Of a stretch of DNA of 64,000 bases, positions 11,039 to 22,457 are shown in pieces. Within the stretch, counting starts at the first letter, position 1. Every line of letters begins with the position of its first letter. Below the pieces are notes generated by a model. That model searched no databases, was not told the origin of the DNA, and saw only the letters and a program-made list of their open reading frames with translations. The stretch is from the NCBI GenBank assembly GCA_026023565.1, contig JAPETS010000019.1, positions 124,001 through 188,000 on the forward strand, read 5' to 3'. The translations under genes and the position numbers were made by a program. The DNA comes from Cirrosporium novae-zelandiae. Its lineage: Eukaryota.

Positions 11039-12517
11039 TTAAGAGGATTCTTTGGCATTAAGCCATGAATCGCTTAGTAGTTCTTTAGCTGTTTTTCGCT
11101 CCTCTGGTACCCAACATAACATTGATGTCATAAACCTTAAGAATGATTCTTTAGTGATACCTGTAAGATTTTCTTCTGAATGCTCGAGGGAAAGAGCGGG
11201 AATTGTAACACCGCCTGCGGCTTTCCATTTCCCTAAAAAAAATATTAGCGAGAATAAATAGGAAGGCTTTAGAGGAGGGCATTAAAAACCTTGTTTATCG
11301 AAAACGTTAAGGGTTTCCTGGCTCCTTTGAAGAAAATGAAGAGGTGGTGAATCAAGATATGCGACCATCTCTGCGACGTGATGTGAGGGGGAATATTCGT
11401 TATCTTCATCAAGAGCGGTAAACAGGTGTTTGTTTTCAAAAATATCCCAGATCTATTGATTAATTAATAACCAAAAAAATCTACTAAAAAAATATTTATG
11501 TACCATAACTCCGACATTCCATATGTCGACACTATAACTCCACCCCATTTCGAAAAGTACCTCTGGAGCTGTGTAAATCTCAGGTTGGATATTACCATCA
11601 TGTCGTCCGTCCCCAATACGAGCCTCTCCGAAATCACACAGTACCGGCTCGCCCCAACATCCATTTTTTGGAAGCCGGAATGCACGAGAAGCGTAAATCA
11701 TACGATTATCATCAATCTTTTTACAGAATCCAGGTTCTTCATACTCAGCTTGCTCGTAATCTGCAAGGATAGACTTGTCTTCAAGAGTAAGCATGAGATT
11801 TGTTGCTTTAATATCTATCATGAATCAATGAATCAAATGATTAAGTGGGGAAAATCTATAGCCTACCTGTATGAATAATTTTAGCTTCGGTATGAAGAAA
11901 GTCAAGGGCGCGAAAGAGCCGCTGTAATGTCTCCCTTAATAGTAACGTATTGTATCTATGTGAAGGGCCGAGTTTTTGTAACGAGCTGACGGTCATATGC
12001 ATTGGCGGATGAACGAGACAATAATGTTGACCGTGTGGGCCATTAATCGGAAATAAATCATATAACTCCCGGATGAATGCTTGACCTGGATGTGAAGAAT
12101 GGATGTTGCTTAGTTGCTCGTAGGCGGCAACCTCACGAGTCACGGCGACCTCTCCTAGGCGATTCCGAGTGAGGATCTTGAGTGCTACGTAGCGGGGTTC
12201 ATTGTCCCTATGACACAGTTCAGATGCCCGACATACTCTGAGTATGAAGGGTTGGAACCAACTTACTTCACATCCCGACCAAGCCAGGTGGTGGAGTTGG
12301 CCCCATAGCCAAGTTTGCCTAGTACCCGGTATCTCGAGTTGAACACTTCTCCTTTGAAAACTGGATAGAACTGCTCTGGCCTGTAGTAGGGGAGTGTCTC
12401 CTCTTCAAGCAGTAGTGCAGAGATCGTTGATTGAGAATGGAAAGTATTCATTTTTTTCAATGATGTTGGCGATATTTGGACGAGTTTTCTCCAGTGAGTG
12501 ATTGATGTCATCATCAT
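11039..12517 (-). CDS. Ser/Thr protein kinase, fungal expanded SRPK-like (CMGC) family
   Basis: Multi-exon gene. 'YRVLGKLGYGANSTTWL', 'YVALKI', 'ALDFLHTEAKIIHT|DIKATN', 'LCDFGEAR', 'YTAPEVL', 'VDIWNVG', last exon 'MLCWVPEERKTAKELLSDSWL' with stop at 11039. The frame appears intact. Confidence 0.88.
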
Positions 12518-13099
12518 GGTTGGTTTCCCATAACAGCTTTGAAGGGCGAACAATAGTCACGGTAAATGGATAGCTCAGTCTACACTATGGTTTTGCTAGT
12601 CGTATAGAATATGTTAGAGAGAGTATGTAACTCGAAGTTTGTAATAGTGACGTTCGTCGAGGTTGGTGGTGATGGCGCGAGCTTAGGCGGAAGACGACAT
12701 TGCAACGACATCCACGCGCCTTTCATTTCATGTTGTCGTTCTCCACTAATCTCCATCATTAATTAATTTAATATAGTACTATCGCATGAGGTATCAAGGT
12801 TCTTTTGGATTATCCTTTTCATTGGCGCTAGTTTTATAAAATCTCTATTAATATAATGTATACGGTTGTAGGCTCTATACACCATGGGCATGACTTCACT
12901 ATATTATTACTATTATTTTAGGGTTGCACAATTCGAAGGCAGCAATGACAATAGACCAGTAACAGTAAGGAAATGGCTAATATAGCCTAAGCAGCTAATA
13001 CTACAGTTCAAAGATAAAATCCACCCTTTCAATTAATCTGCAGTGCTTTGCCTTGATAATGCTTTTTATCTCAGTTAGTAACGAGTACTCATTCTCACT

Positions 13100-13456
13100 A
13101 TGAATCCGACCCGAGCAAAACTCATACAGTTTGTTGGCAAGGTAGCCCTCGATGACACCCAACACCGGACCCATAGGGTAGGCGTACAGATACTCTGTGA
13201 GGCTCAGGAAAAGGCTGTAAGAATGCTACCTCCTTGATCAATAGTTATGAAATCACAGCCGATACAACCTCTTCGTTCTCAGGACCCTCATATTAAGAAA
13301 GCCGAGATTAAAGATTCTATACCACATAAATCCCACGACGACCCTAACGACCCCGAAGAAGTAATCTCCGTACACTTCAAAGACGAGAATGATAAACGAA
13401 TTGGGACTGCACATGTCTACAAAAATGGCACTGGGAAGGTCAGCTGGAAAAAGTGA
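13100..13456 (+). CDS. Small (about 96 aa) uncharacterised protein with His/Asp motif
   Basis: ATG at 13100, exon to 13216, intron 13217-13282 (GTAAGA..CTCAG) joining in frame to ORF 13247-13456. Product: MNPTRAKLIQFVG...DPHIKKAEIKDSIPHKSHDDPNDPEEVISVHFKDENDKRIGTAHVYKNGTGKVSWKK. No textbook branch site is visible. Confidence 0.6.
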
Positions 13457-14540
13457 GCTGGGTGGGTAGCGCGAATATCAATCCTAGTGCCAGCGAGTTC
13501 AAACGGGGGATACTTATGACGAGCTGATATTGTGGATAGATATATCATAGCAGGATTTGACCTTGAGTCCCGTGCAATGACTGCCATTGGATTACTAAAC
13601 AATAAAGTCTGGATGTACCTGATTGTGACTAAGGAGCCTTGCTTTATATATCATGCAAGCAGTGCAAAGCTTCTATCAATGATGATTAGTCTTCCAGCAT
13701 GACTACACCGTCGGCTAGGGCCACCATAAATTGATGTCATAAGAAAAAGTACGTAGGCATAAAAGTCCATTATAAAAACTTTCTTAGAACATATTCCTCC
13801 GACGAAATATAAGATTTCGCGTGGGATCTTAGCTCATATGGTACGTTTTATCAGATCTTATATGGCTGACGATTACCACGCAGGCTAGAAACTCTTGTCG
13901 GGTAGGGTTTCTCGGTGGGTATCTGTTATCCTGTGGGGTGTTCAGCATCAGTCTCATAGTTGGGGTAGCACGATAGATATACTTTAGAACATAGCATTTC
14001 CTTTCTTACAACACAGCATGAAAAAATCGACACTACCATCGAAATGTTGATATGGAAAGTTTGATTTGACCAACAGCTTTTTCCATTTTGGTTGTAGATT
14101 ACTGGGCCACGTGCTAGCCTATACCTAAGGTTAATCATACTTCGAAATCCAAATTCGGCTCCGTAATGACCTACTCCAAGTGATATCCTATTATAATCCG
14201 AACCTTAGATACGTACCCTATGATACCTTACTCTAGCATTACTACATCTCTCACAAATGGGACAGTTGCTGGATTTTTTAAGCAAAGCTGGAACACAAAA
14301 ATACGGAAAACTGAAAATGGAATGTATTGGAGCAAAAGTTGACTATCTCGGTAAGAGGTAGTGAGCCTCTACCCTAAGGGTATTACAACAATATTTTTAA
14401 ACAATATTAACATAAACAAAATCTATCTCAGAACCTAGTCCCAATAAATTGTTTGGAGGTACTAATTTCCTATACATATCTATTAAAGCAATAAACATGC
14501 CTTTGCGAGTCCAACTGCGGCATTCGATCAGCGGTCATCC

Positions 14541-14790
14541 CTTATCATGCCCGGGCCAGATTAAAATTCAAAATATCATATCTCACCCGAGAAGATATTG
14601 CCAACATGGGCTGCACGATCCTTGCTGATTTCGAGGGATCTTCGTTATCTCTGTGATACATTTGTGGGATATGCAACTGATAAGATAGGGTAGCCATCCA
14701 GTATCTCAGTTACAGTGCATCTAGCTCCAAATAAATGGGAATGCTGCAGAACTTCATCCGAATATTTCTTTATTGATCCAGGTTATCCAA
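14541..14790. promoter_or_regulatory. GATA-site cluster upstream of the NCS1 permease (AreA/NIT2-type nitrogen control)
   Basis: CTTATC 14541, TTATCT 14645, overlapping TGATAAGATAG 14678-14688, and further TATC sites within 300 bp of the ATG. Confidence 0.55.
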
Positions 14791-14830
14791 GTTCTTTCTG
14801 GGAATTTATTTTGGGAAATAATACTTCAAG

Positions 14831-16885
14831 ATGTCAAACATAGAGAAGAGAGACTCAAAATTACAACATGGCATCTATGTTGGCGATGTCAGCCCATCTA
14901 ATGAAGAGCCTATCAGGGCTGAAGTGTATGAGACAAAGATTGGGAATATATGGATCCGAACGATGCGAAAGATCCAGATCCAGCCTGAGCCTTCGATAAT
15001 AGCTCCTGGGAGATGGAGTAACAGGGGTGAGAGCAAGATAGAAGCTCAAACAGTGATGGCCACTGATGTCGTACAAAAGATCTCGATCCAACCCCTCCAG
15101 AGCAGCAAACATGGAGAACCTGGAATTGTAAGAAAAACTCTTAACCACGTTAACTGAAAAAAATTATTAATATTATTATACAGATGTTACATATTGGGTG
15201 TGCGACGCTGTATCGCCAGGGAATCTACGACTAGGAAGCTCTCTCTACTCACTCGGACTATCCTGGAGGCTCACTCTAGCCGCGATTGGAATTGCTCATA
15301 TTCTTGTCGCTATTCTTATTACCCTCAATGGCACAGTCGGCGCCCGATTTCACATCCCTTTCTCTGTTCAGAGTCGTTCCTCTTTCGGATTCTACTTCTC
15401 TTTTGTTGTAGTGATTGTTCGAATGATTGTCAGTGCATTCTGGTACGGAACATCCTGCTACACAGGTGCAGAGTGTGTTGATACCGTTATCCGTGCTATT
15501 TGGCCTTCCTTTGCCAATATACCTAACCATTTACCGGCATCGGCTAATATCACAACGGAGATGATGATTGGTAAGAGATTTATATGCTTGTTAATGCAGC
15601 TATCGTGTTTATATAAAGGATGAAATAGTACTAACCCAAGTCACTTCCACGATGTGTACCCCCCATACCTTTCCCCCAACTGTAAAAATAATCAAAATTA
15701 GCTTGGTTCATTTTGGAACAATCAAGAAGAATTGTGCTAATTAGTTTATAGCCTACATTATTTATTTCGTTATTGTCCTTCCTTTTCACTGGATCCATCC
15801 TCGGAATTTGAGGTGGTTCATGACAGCCAAAGCAGTGGTGTGTCCTCCAGCAGTTCTTGGTATGCTTGGCTGGGCTTGTAATGCCACTGGGGGTGGTCTA
15901 GATACTCCTATTTTCAGAAGAGGAAACCAGCTAAGTGGAAGTGCACTCGGATGGGCTTTCATGAACGGTTTCAATGCTATGATAGGGAGCTATGGAACTC
16001 TAGCCGTCAACATGTAGGTTATTCCTCCTGAATGAGACGTGATTTTCTAATGTGATCTCAGCAACGACTTCACCCGCTATGCGCGCAAACCCAACTTCAC
16101 TTATGTTCAATTGTTCGTGGTTCCGGCCTCCTTTCTCGTCATGTCATTCATGGGAATCGTGATTGTCTCTGCAGCTCAAGAGCTTTACGGTTCTTTGATA
16201 TGGGATCCGCTCACAATAATGAACCACTGGGATGGCTCCTCCCAGGCCCGTGCCGGTGCAGCCTTCTGTGGGATTTCCTTCATCATTGCGGTTATGGGCG
16301 AGAACCTTAGCGCAAATTGCATTTCTGCTGCTAACGATCTCAATGCCATGTTTCCGAAATATATAAATTTAAGGAGAGGTCAGTTCATCGTTGCAATTAT
16401 CGGAGCATGGGCCTTGACTCCCTGGAATATACTTGCTTCTGCTCAAGGTCTCGTCAACTTTATGAGTGGATATACAATTTGGCTAGCACCTATGACGGGG
16501 GTATTACTGGCTGACTACTTCATCGTTCATCGGAGGTGGTATGACGTTAAAGAACTATATATGCCCCATGGAAAATACAGCTATGGAAAGTATGGAACCA
16601 ACTTCCGAGCTGTAGTAGCATGGTGTATTGGGTGGATACCTCTCTTGCCTGGATTTATACAATCGGTATGCATAATCAGTGATCTTGAGACGCTCTACTG
16701 TGATACTGATGGCCATCTCACCCTAGATCAATTCTTCGCTTAGTGTCAGCGAAGGCGCTGTACACTTTTACTACTTGGCTTATCTATACGGATTCACTAT
16801 CAGCTTTCTCCTTTACACTAGTTTCAGCATCATTTTCCCACCAGTCAAGACTATGTCTCGCCCCGAGGAGGAATACATTGCTTGA
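14831..16885 (+). CDS. NCS1 nucleobase:cation symporter (Fur/uracil-allantoin permease family)
   Basis: Multi-exon gene. 'RWSN..DLDP', 'GARFHIPFSVQSRSSFGFY', 'GTLAVNI|NDFTRYA', 'IWDP', 'NLSANCISAAND', 'PKYINLRRG', 'PWNIL', 'GVLLADYF', 'NFRAVVAW'. Stop at 16883-16885. Confidence 0.93.
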
Positions 16886-17625
16886 TTTATAGCTATAGAT
16901 AATCACTTCGAAGCGATGCATTTACATTGCTCATTATTTTCACAGCAGAATTCAAACCTCGGATAAGTTTCAAATTCAATTCTAGAAGAGAAATCTAGTG
17001 ACCATAGGTATTTATCCCACTTAAACACCTCATGTATAGTTGCTTCTTTTATACGACAACGATACCAGAGCATGAACCCATGCAATATCCAACGAGCTTT
17101 TCCAGAATTTCCACGTGTTCCTCGAAGATGTCTGTGGACCATTCAAGCAGTATCAAATCATCCGGAATTAGTGTCAAACAATCCGACTATAAAGCAAAAG
17201 GGTCAGTTCATTACGATCTGGTAGCTTTTAATCTCATCGTTGAAGTAGAATCTGCATACCATCCACAAGACACCCAAAAAGAAACCAGGTTCTGGTGACT
17301 GCAAATAAAGCTCGGTTGGAGGCCTTCATTTGCGCAAATGCCCTTTATCTCGGGTAATGGGGGATATTGACTTAGCATGGCGGCGCCACCATTTCAGACG
17401 TTGACACTTAATAGTATTCAATACGTTGGACAAGAATAACTGATTCTGTCGAGTGATTCTGTCTAGGTGCAGATGATTGATGTATTCTCGACGCTTGAGC
17501 TTCTCTTACTCTCTGTCAGTGGCGCAGCATTCACGAAGATCTTGCAGAGGTTTCTCACCCTAGGTAGATATTCCTAGGTAGCGCCTCATAGATCATCAAG
17601 AGACACCGTAACGGTGATTGCTATA

Positions 17626-17643
17626 GGGAGGGGGGGGGGGGGG
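17626..17643 (+). repeat. Poly-G tract in a TAG/CTA-rich intergenic patch
   Basis: GGGAG followed by 13 G. Confidence 0.85.
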
Positions 17644-17778
17644 TAAACTAGCCCACCAGCCAGCCAAGATACTTCGTCCTTAATGCTTAGGTCTAGTTGT
17701 AGCTTGGTTACTATAGCATATTGCAAAGGGTTATAGGTCGATGAATTGAGAAAAAACGGTTATCACCATCGAAATTAA

Positions 17779-18773
17779 TCAACTTTGAGCATAGGCTCTA
17801 CCTCCAGCTAAGAGAAAATAAATCACAGCACGTATTTCATCTCTATACCGAGCTGCAGCTTCTTGAAGAATGAGATCTACTTCGGCATCAAGGTCGTTAG
17901 GATGTCTTCGAACATTCGCGATAGTGTGGTGTTCTAGGAGACGATTGGTCACAGCATATATTTCATCTCTGTGTCGAGCTGCAGCTTCTTGGTGGGCAAG
18001 GTCCACTTCGATATGAAAGTCATTGGTGTGTTTTTGAATATTTCCGATCGTGTGATCAAACCTTTGGGCCACTCTGCTCCACAAGCAGCCCACGACATGA
18101 TCTGGATACCATCAATATTAGCCTTGATTTTCTGATAAAGTCAACGATTCGCTACTTACAGATAGATCTTCTTCGAAAGAAATTTATTGCATCAATGCAA
18201 AAGTCTAGATAATCGCCATAGATTTTTCTTAGGGCCCTTTGCAGCCTTTGAGCCGTCGGATATAGGCCCATGTACCTTTCGAAGCGAGGCATGGCATTGG
18301 TGATCTCCTCGAACATCTGGGTAATCTTACCTAGAGTGTTGGAGAAGCGGCATGCGCACTTGATAGTGGAAATATTAGTGGCTTGAAAATTAAAACAGAC
18401 CACAATTGGTGATATACCTCGATTACGAGTAATATGCCACCCCAGATCTAGAATTTTCCGATTAGCTCCATAAACGCAGCGAGGAACGAGATCTTACTAA
18501 TGAAGCATAGATAGGGTCTGACTGGACGAACAGGCTGATAGCTCTCCCAAATGACCTCAATCGCTCAAAAGTTGGAGTCAGGCTTTCGAGGCAGCGTACA
18601 ACTCTGTCCGATGAGTATTTTCTCTGGAGAACACCCAAAGATTCTTGCAGCGTTTCATAGCTAAGAATCTGTAACATCTTATCGGGGTTCTTCGCCTTGA
18701 GACGTTGTTTCCTGTCCTCTAACAGATTCGCCCATAATCTTTCCTCCGACTCGCGTGTGGCATTCCTCGCCAT
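17779..18773 (-). CDS. Stand-alone helical domain of the type found N-terminal to fungal NACHT/NLR proteins; no NTPase domain; C-terminal 42-aa tandem duplication
   Basis: ORF pieces 18773-18499, a short 'IWGGILLVIE' exon, 18359-18157 and 18101-17779, joined by GT..AG introns. 'LRSFGRAISLFVQSDPIYASL|IWGG' and 'MPRFERYMGLYPTAQRLQRALRKIYGDYLDFCIDAINFF' are typical of NACHT-associated N-termini. Confidence 0.7.
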
Positions 18774-21700
18774 GATGATTAATTCTCTAGGGGTAAATAA
18801 TTCCTTGAATGTGCTATAATGTATAAACGATAATTTTAAGCCATGCAAAAAAGCAAAAAGACTAGGTCATCCCCTGAAACATGGGTCGAGGTTGCTACTT
18901 TATGGGCCTGAATTGTAGCCGCATATTGTCACAGGCCTCAAGCATCGCCCTGTATTCCAGCAGGATGGTCACGATGAGCTGTCCGATATCCTACGTGCCC
19001 ATCATAATGTGGTATTGGGTCAAAGGCTTCCAATTTTTGCGACTGGGATAGGAACAGGACACATAGCTGCCACTTTGCAAGATGGCTAAGCCCACTAGAT
19101 TATTTTTACTAAATTAGGAAATTCGAAATGTAGATTATTTCGGCTAGTGATCCGAGATGGTGGTTAATGTTGAGTTGAGGCTCCCCTTGCTATTACCACA
19201 GCAAAGGTTGCGCTTCGCTAAAGACAGGCGGGGAAAGTTCAACCCGTCACGTCCGCGTCCCAAAAAAGCCTGAAGATAAATTTCAGCCCTAATCCTGAGG
19301 CTGTGGTCTTGGGCTCCTTTGATCTACAGAAATCCTCGTTTTGATGCGAGGTATCTCCTATGGATGCAGAAGAAGCCGAAAGTAGATAATCGACACAGAC
19401 ATTATATCTGAGTAGTGAATGGCTCCAGCAAGGTCCATTAAGCGAGCTGAAGAAGGTCCAACAATGCAAAGCTACCCAGCACACCATTTAGTTAGTTCAG
19501 AGGAAAATCGTTTGAAGCCTTGCACCTTGTTACGGTTTCCTGCGAGTTAATCATGAACAAGTAAGTTGGTGTCGTGACTGCTAATTCTCACAGCCTTTGG
19601 GGAATAATTCCGCTATTGGTAAAACACATCAGCTAAGAAGAAACGATATCTGAGAGACTTGGCAGCCTTTCTCATAATCAGCCCGGCTTGCCTTTCAATA
19701 TTAACCTTGGTTGTTGGTTTTGTTACTGGGATTATAAACGAGTGAAGTCGAGACAACGGAAGTGGGGGCCAGCCACTGGCTTATTAATATCAGGTTTGTG
19801 GATGGGATGGGGAATGGAAGGTGAGGGTCTTACACGTCGCTTTGATATATACGGCATGAAGGTCAGGAGATATCCAGCAGTAAATGATACTTTGTTCCGA
19901 TATCGGTCTCGACTTCGAGTTTATCAGATTATTAACAACTTTGCACCACCTTTATACTCACCATAGTCCTTCGAAGCATCGTCGGAGAGACCCATTTCAA
20001 GTGACCCTTCCTGGCAATCGGGAGAGTGTGAAGGTTATTGCATGGTACAGTACAGTACAGAGAGGAAAAAAGCCAGTACGTTATCTTTGAAAATTGACAG
20101 AGATTAGGCATGAAGAAGAAACAGGAAGTAGCGAATAGCACTAAATATGCAAGTAATTAGGCCCTTCTGACCGCGAGCCCACAGCGAAGATCCCACGAGT
20201 GTATAGCTTCCAACAGGTATATAAGGATGTTCCGGAATATTTTATACCAAGATAGATACCTACCTACTGTACTGTCTGTACTCACGCTAGTGACAGAAAG
20301 CACACAACTCACAAATTCGGATCCTATTATTGTGGACAATCTTTTTTTAAAGGCCTCCTGTTACCTTCATGTGGATCTCACATTAGGTCTCTTACCCTAG
20401 GTGGCTCGTGCGCTACACCTTCTAATCAAGGATCTCTTCTAAGCTTCTAAGCTCAGCAAGCATCACCACTGTACATGAAATTCATTCCTCAGTGAGAATA
20501 GATCTAACATTAAGTTCACCTTTTAGTTCCACTTTTTAGGTGATTAGGAACCAAATTCGTGAGTCGCTCTCTCTCTAACGCTCGTCTACTACTCACTCTC
20601 CTAGCAGCATTTAGATATATCTCCAAATTTGATTCATCATATCAATTATACACATAATTATCAATCTTATGGAAATTAAGCCAATACCTGTCCATGGACG
20701 CAGGTACCCGACAGCTAATTAAGACAAATCTGCAGGCATTTAGACCCTGCGTCCCCACCGTTGCTCTATCTATAATTAATTACTAAAAGGCTATTTTATA
20801 CGTGTTCGTTTAGCGCGTATAACCGGGTTTCTAACTGTCACCGGTTTACCGTAATTACCCTGACACTCTCATTCGTAACAGAAAGCCCCCTCGAAAGCCC
20901 CCCCATCAAGGCTGTTGCCCGGTTCCCCCCACCCCTGCTAGGCCTTTATACTCGAATATCGATGCTTCTACCCCCCCGTGTTAAAAGCACACCACCCCTA
21001 GGATGGATGGACCGTAATGTCGAGTAATTTAATGTTGAATTAGGGGTTTCCACTATAAGGTTAATTAAAAAATACTAACCGCTTGAAGATCAATTCAAGA
21101 TTGGTACGTACAGTAAGTACAAGCATTTAATTCATTATGATGTGATGAATTATCGGGATCTATTTCCAACACCATAGCCATGCTTACCCACCAACTCCAA
21201 GGATAACAATAGAAAACATACCCCCCTGCCCCCCCTCCCTCAAAAAAGCGATGCTAGTTCCATAAAACATACACGTGAATCCTTACCCTCTTATTATCAT
21301 TCCCCTTCACAGAAACGGACTACTCATGGCTACAACACCAAGGGATAACCCCTTTTTATAAAGCATAGGTATAAATCTAGGGGTATTGGTTAAATTAACT
21401 GGTTGTGTGTATGTTGGATCTACTGTTGCTAAGGATCCTTAGCCTACTTATACGGCGCTAACCTTACCTACAAAGATTTACTCGAAACTACGGAATATGT
21501 ATATGTATATATTACTTGAAGGATTTCTTTTTTTGGTCGTATGGGTTTGATAATGGACGGATAAATCTACTAGTCTGTGGGATAAAAATGGACTTTTCAA
21601 CGATTTAGAATTTTTTGTGGAGATTTCGGATGTTATTGGTGTTCTCGTAACGTCATGGAGTGACTGACTATGTGGTAGCACTCACCCCCTTACGATGGAA

Positions 21701-21815
21701 TAAACAAAAGAAGGAGAAAAAAACTTACCAAGAAAACAAAAAGGTAAAAGAAAAAATTGGGGGCGAGAAGGCGGGGGGATGTAAAGCTCAAATTCACCTG
21801 AGATGCCTACTATAT

Positions 21816-22457
21816 CTATGGTCCTCGTACACTGGCGGCAGTGGAGTTTTCCTGCCTCGAAGATCGGCTTGCATGCCGGCCGGATTCTGAAGCAGGAATT
21901 GGGGTTCGAGAGGAGGGGCGGCCGTAGTCATCTTCGTATGAGCGTGAGGAATACCAACTTGCGGATCTGGAGTCGCGGCGGATGTCTGGAGGCGAGGGGG
22001 CTTGGCTGCGGCGACTTGCGCCGGATGGGGGGCCCCGTCGGGGTGCTGGGGAGGGGATGTAGTCGTCGTCCTCGTTGTAGTAGGACCAGGTGGATCTGTT
22101 AGAGCAGCGGGGAAGGCTTGTAGGCTCGTCGTCGAAGTAGTAGTCGTTGCGGCAAGAGGAGGAGCGGCTAGGCGTCCTTTGGGGCAGGACTGTAGGGCCG
22201 TAATCGTTGTATGAGCGGCTGGAATACGAAGTGGATCTTTGGCTGCGGCTTGTAGGGCACCCGTAGCTATCAATGTATACTGGTTCGGGGGAGGGAGCTC
22301 CACTGCGCTTGTGGCGAGCGTCACGGTCCTCGTACTCGTCATCGTATGCTGATGATGATTCTGAGGTGCCACTCCTGTAGCGGGCTGAGCTGGCGCGGAT
22401 GGGGGTTTCGTAGTCGTCGTAGCTGGAGGGGGGACCTCGTCTTCCGCATCCAGACAT
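21816..22457 (-). CDS. Orphan Ser/Arg/Pro/Tyr/Asp-rich disordered protein (213 aa)
   Basis: GC-rich single ORF inside AT-rich flanks. ACCAACCATG start context. Internal repeats SSRSYNDYG/SSRSYEDDYG and PSPEP/PSPAP/PSPP. Confidence 0.6.
   Translation of the reverse strand: MSGCGRRGPPSSYDDYETPIRASSARYRSGTSESSSAYDDEYEDRDARHKRSGAPSPEPVYIDSYGCPTSRSQRSTSYSSRSYNDYGPTVLPQRTPSRSSSCRNDYYFDDEPTSLPRCSNRSTWSYYNEDDDYIPSPAPRRGPPSGASRRSQAPSPPDIRRDSRSASWYSSRSYEDDYGRPSSRTPIPASESGRHASRSSRQENSTAASVRGP

Noticed and set aside
15570..15751. Stwintron (nested intron) in the NCS1 gene
   Set aside because: Removing 15571-15640 gives only a weak GTCACT donor, and the resulting phase does not fit the downstream acceptor.
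19200..19560. Coding-like stretch with stops (also about 23360-23670, 26090-26347, 27250-27560, 63370-63600)
   Set aside because: Possible gene relics, but no family motif recognised, so no call can be supported.
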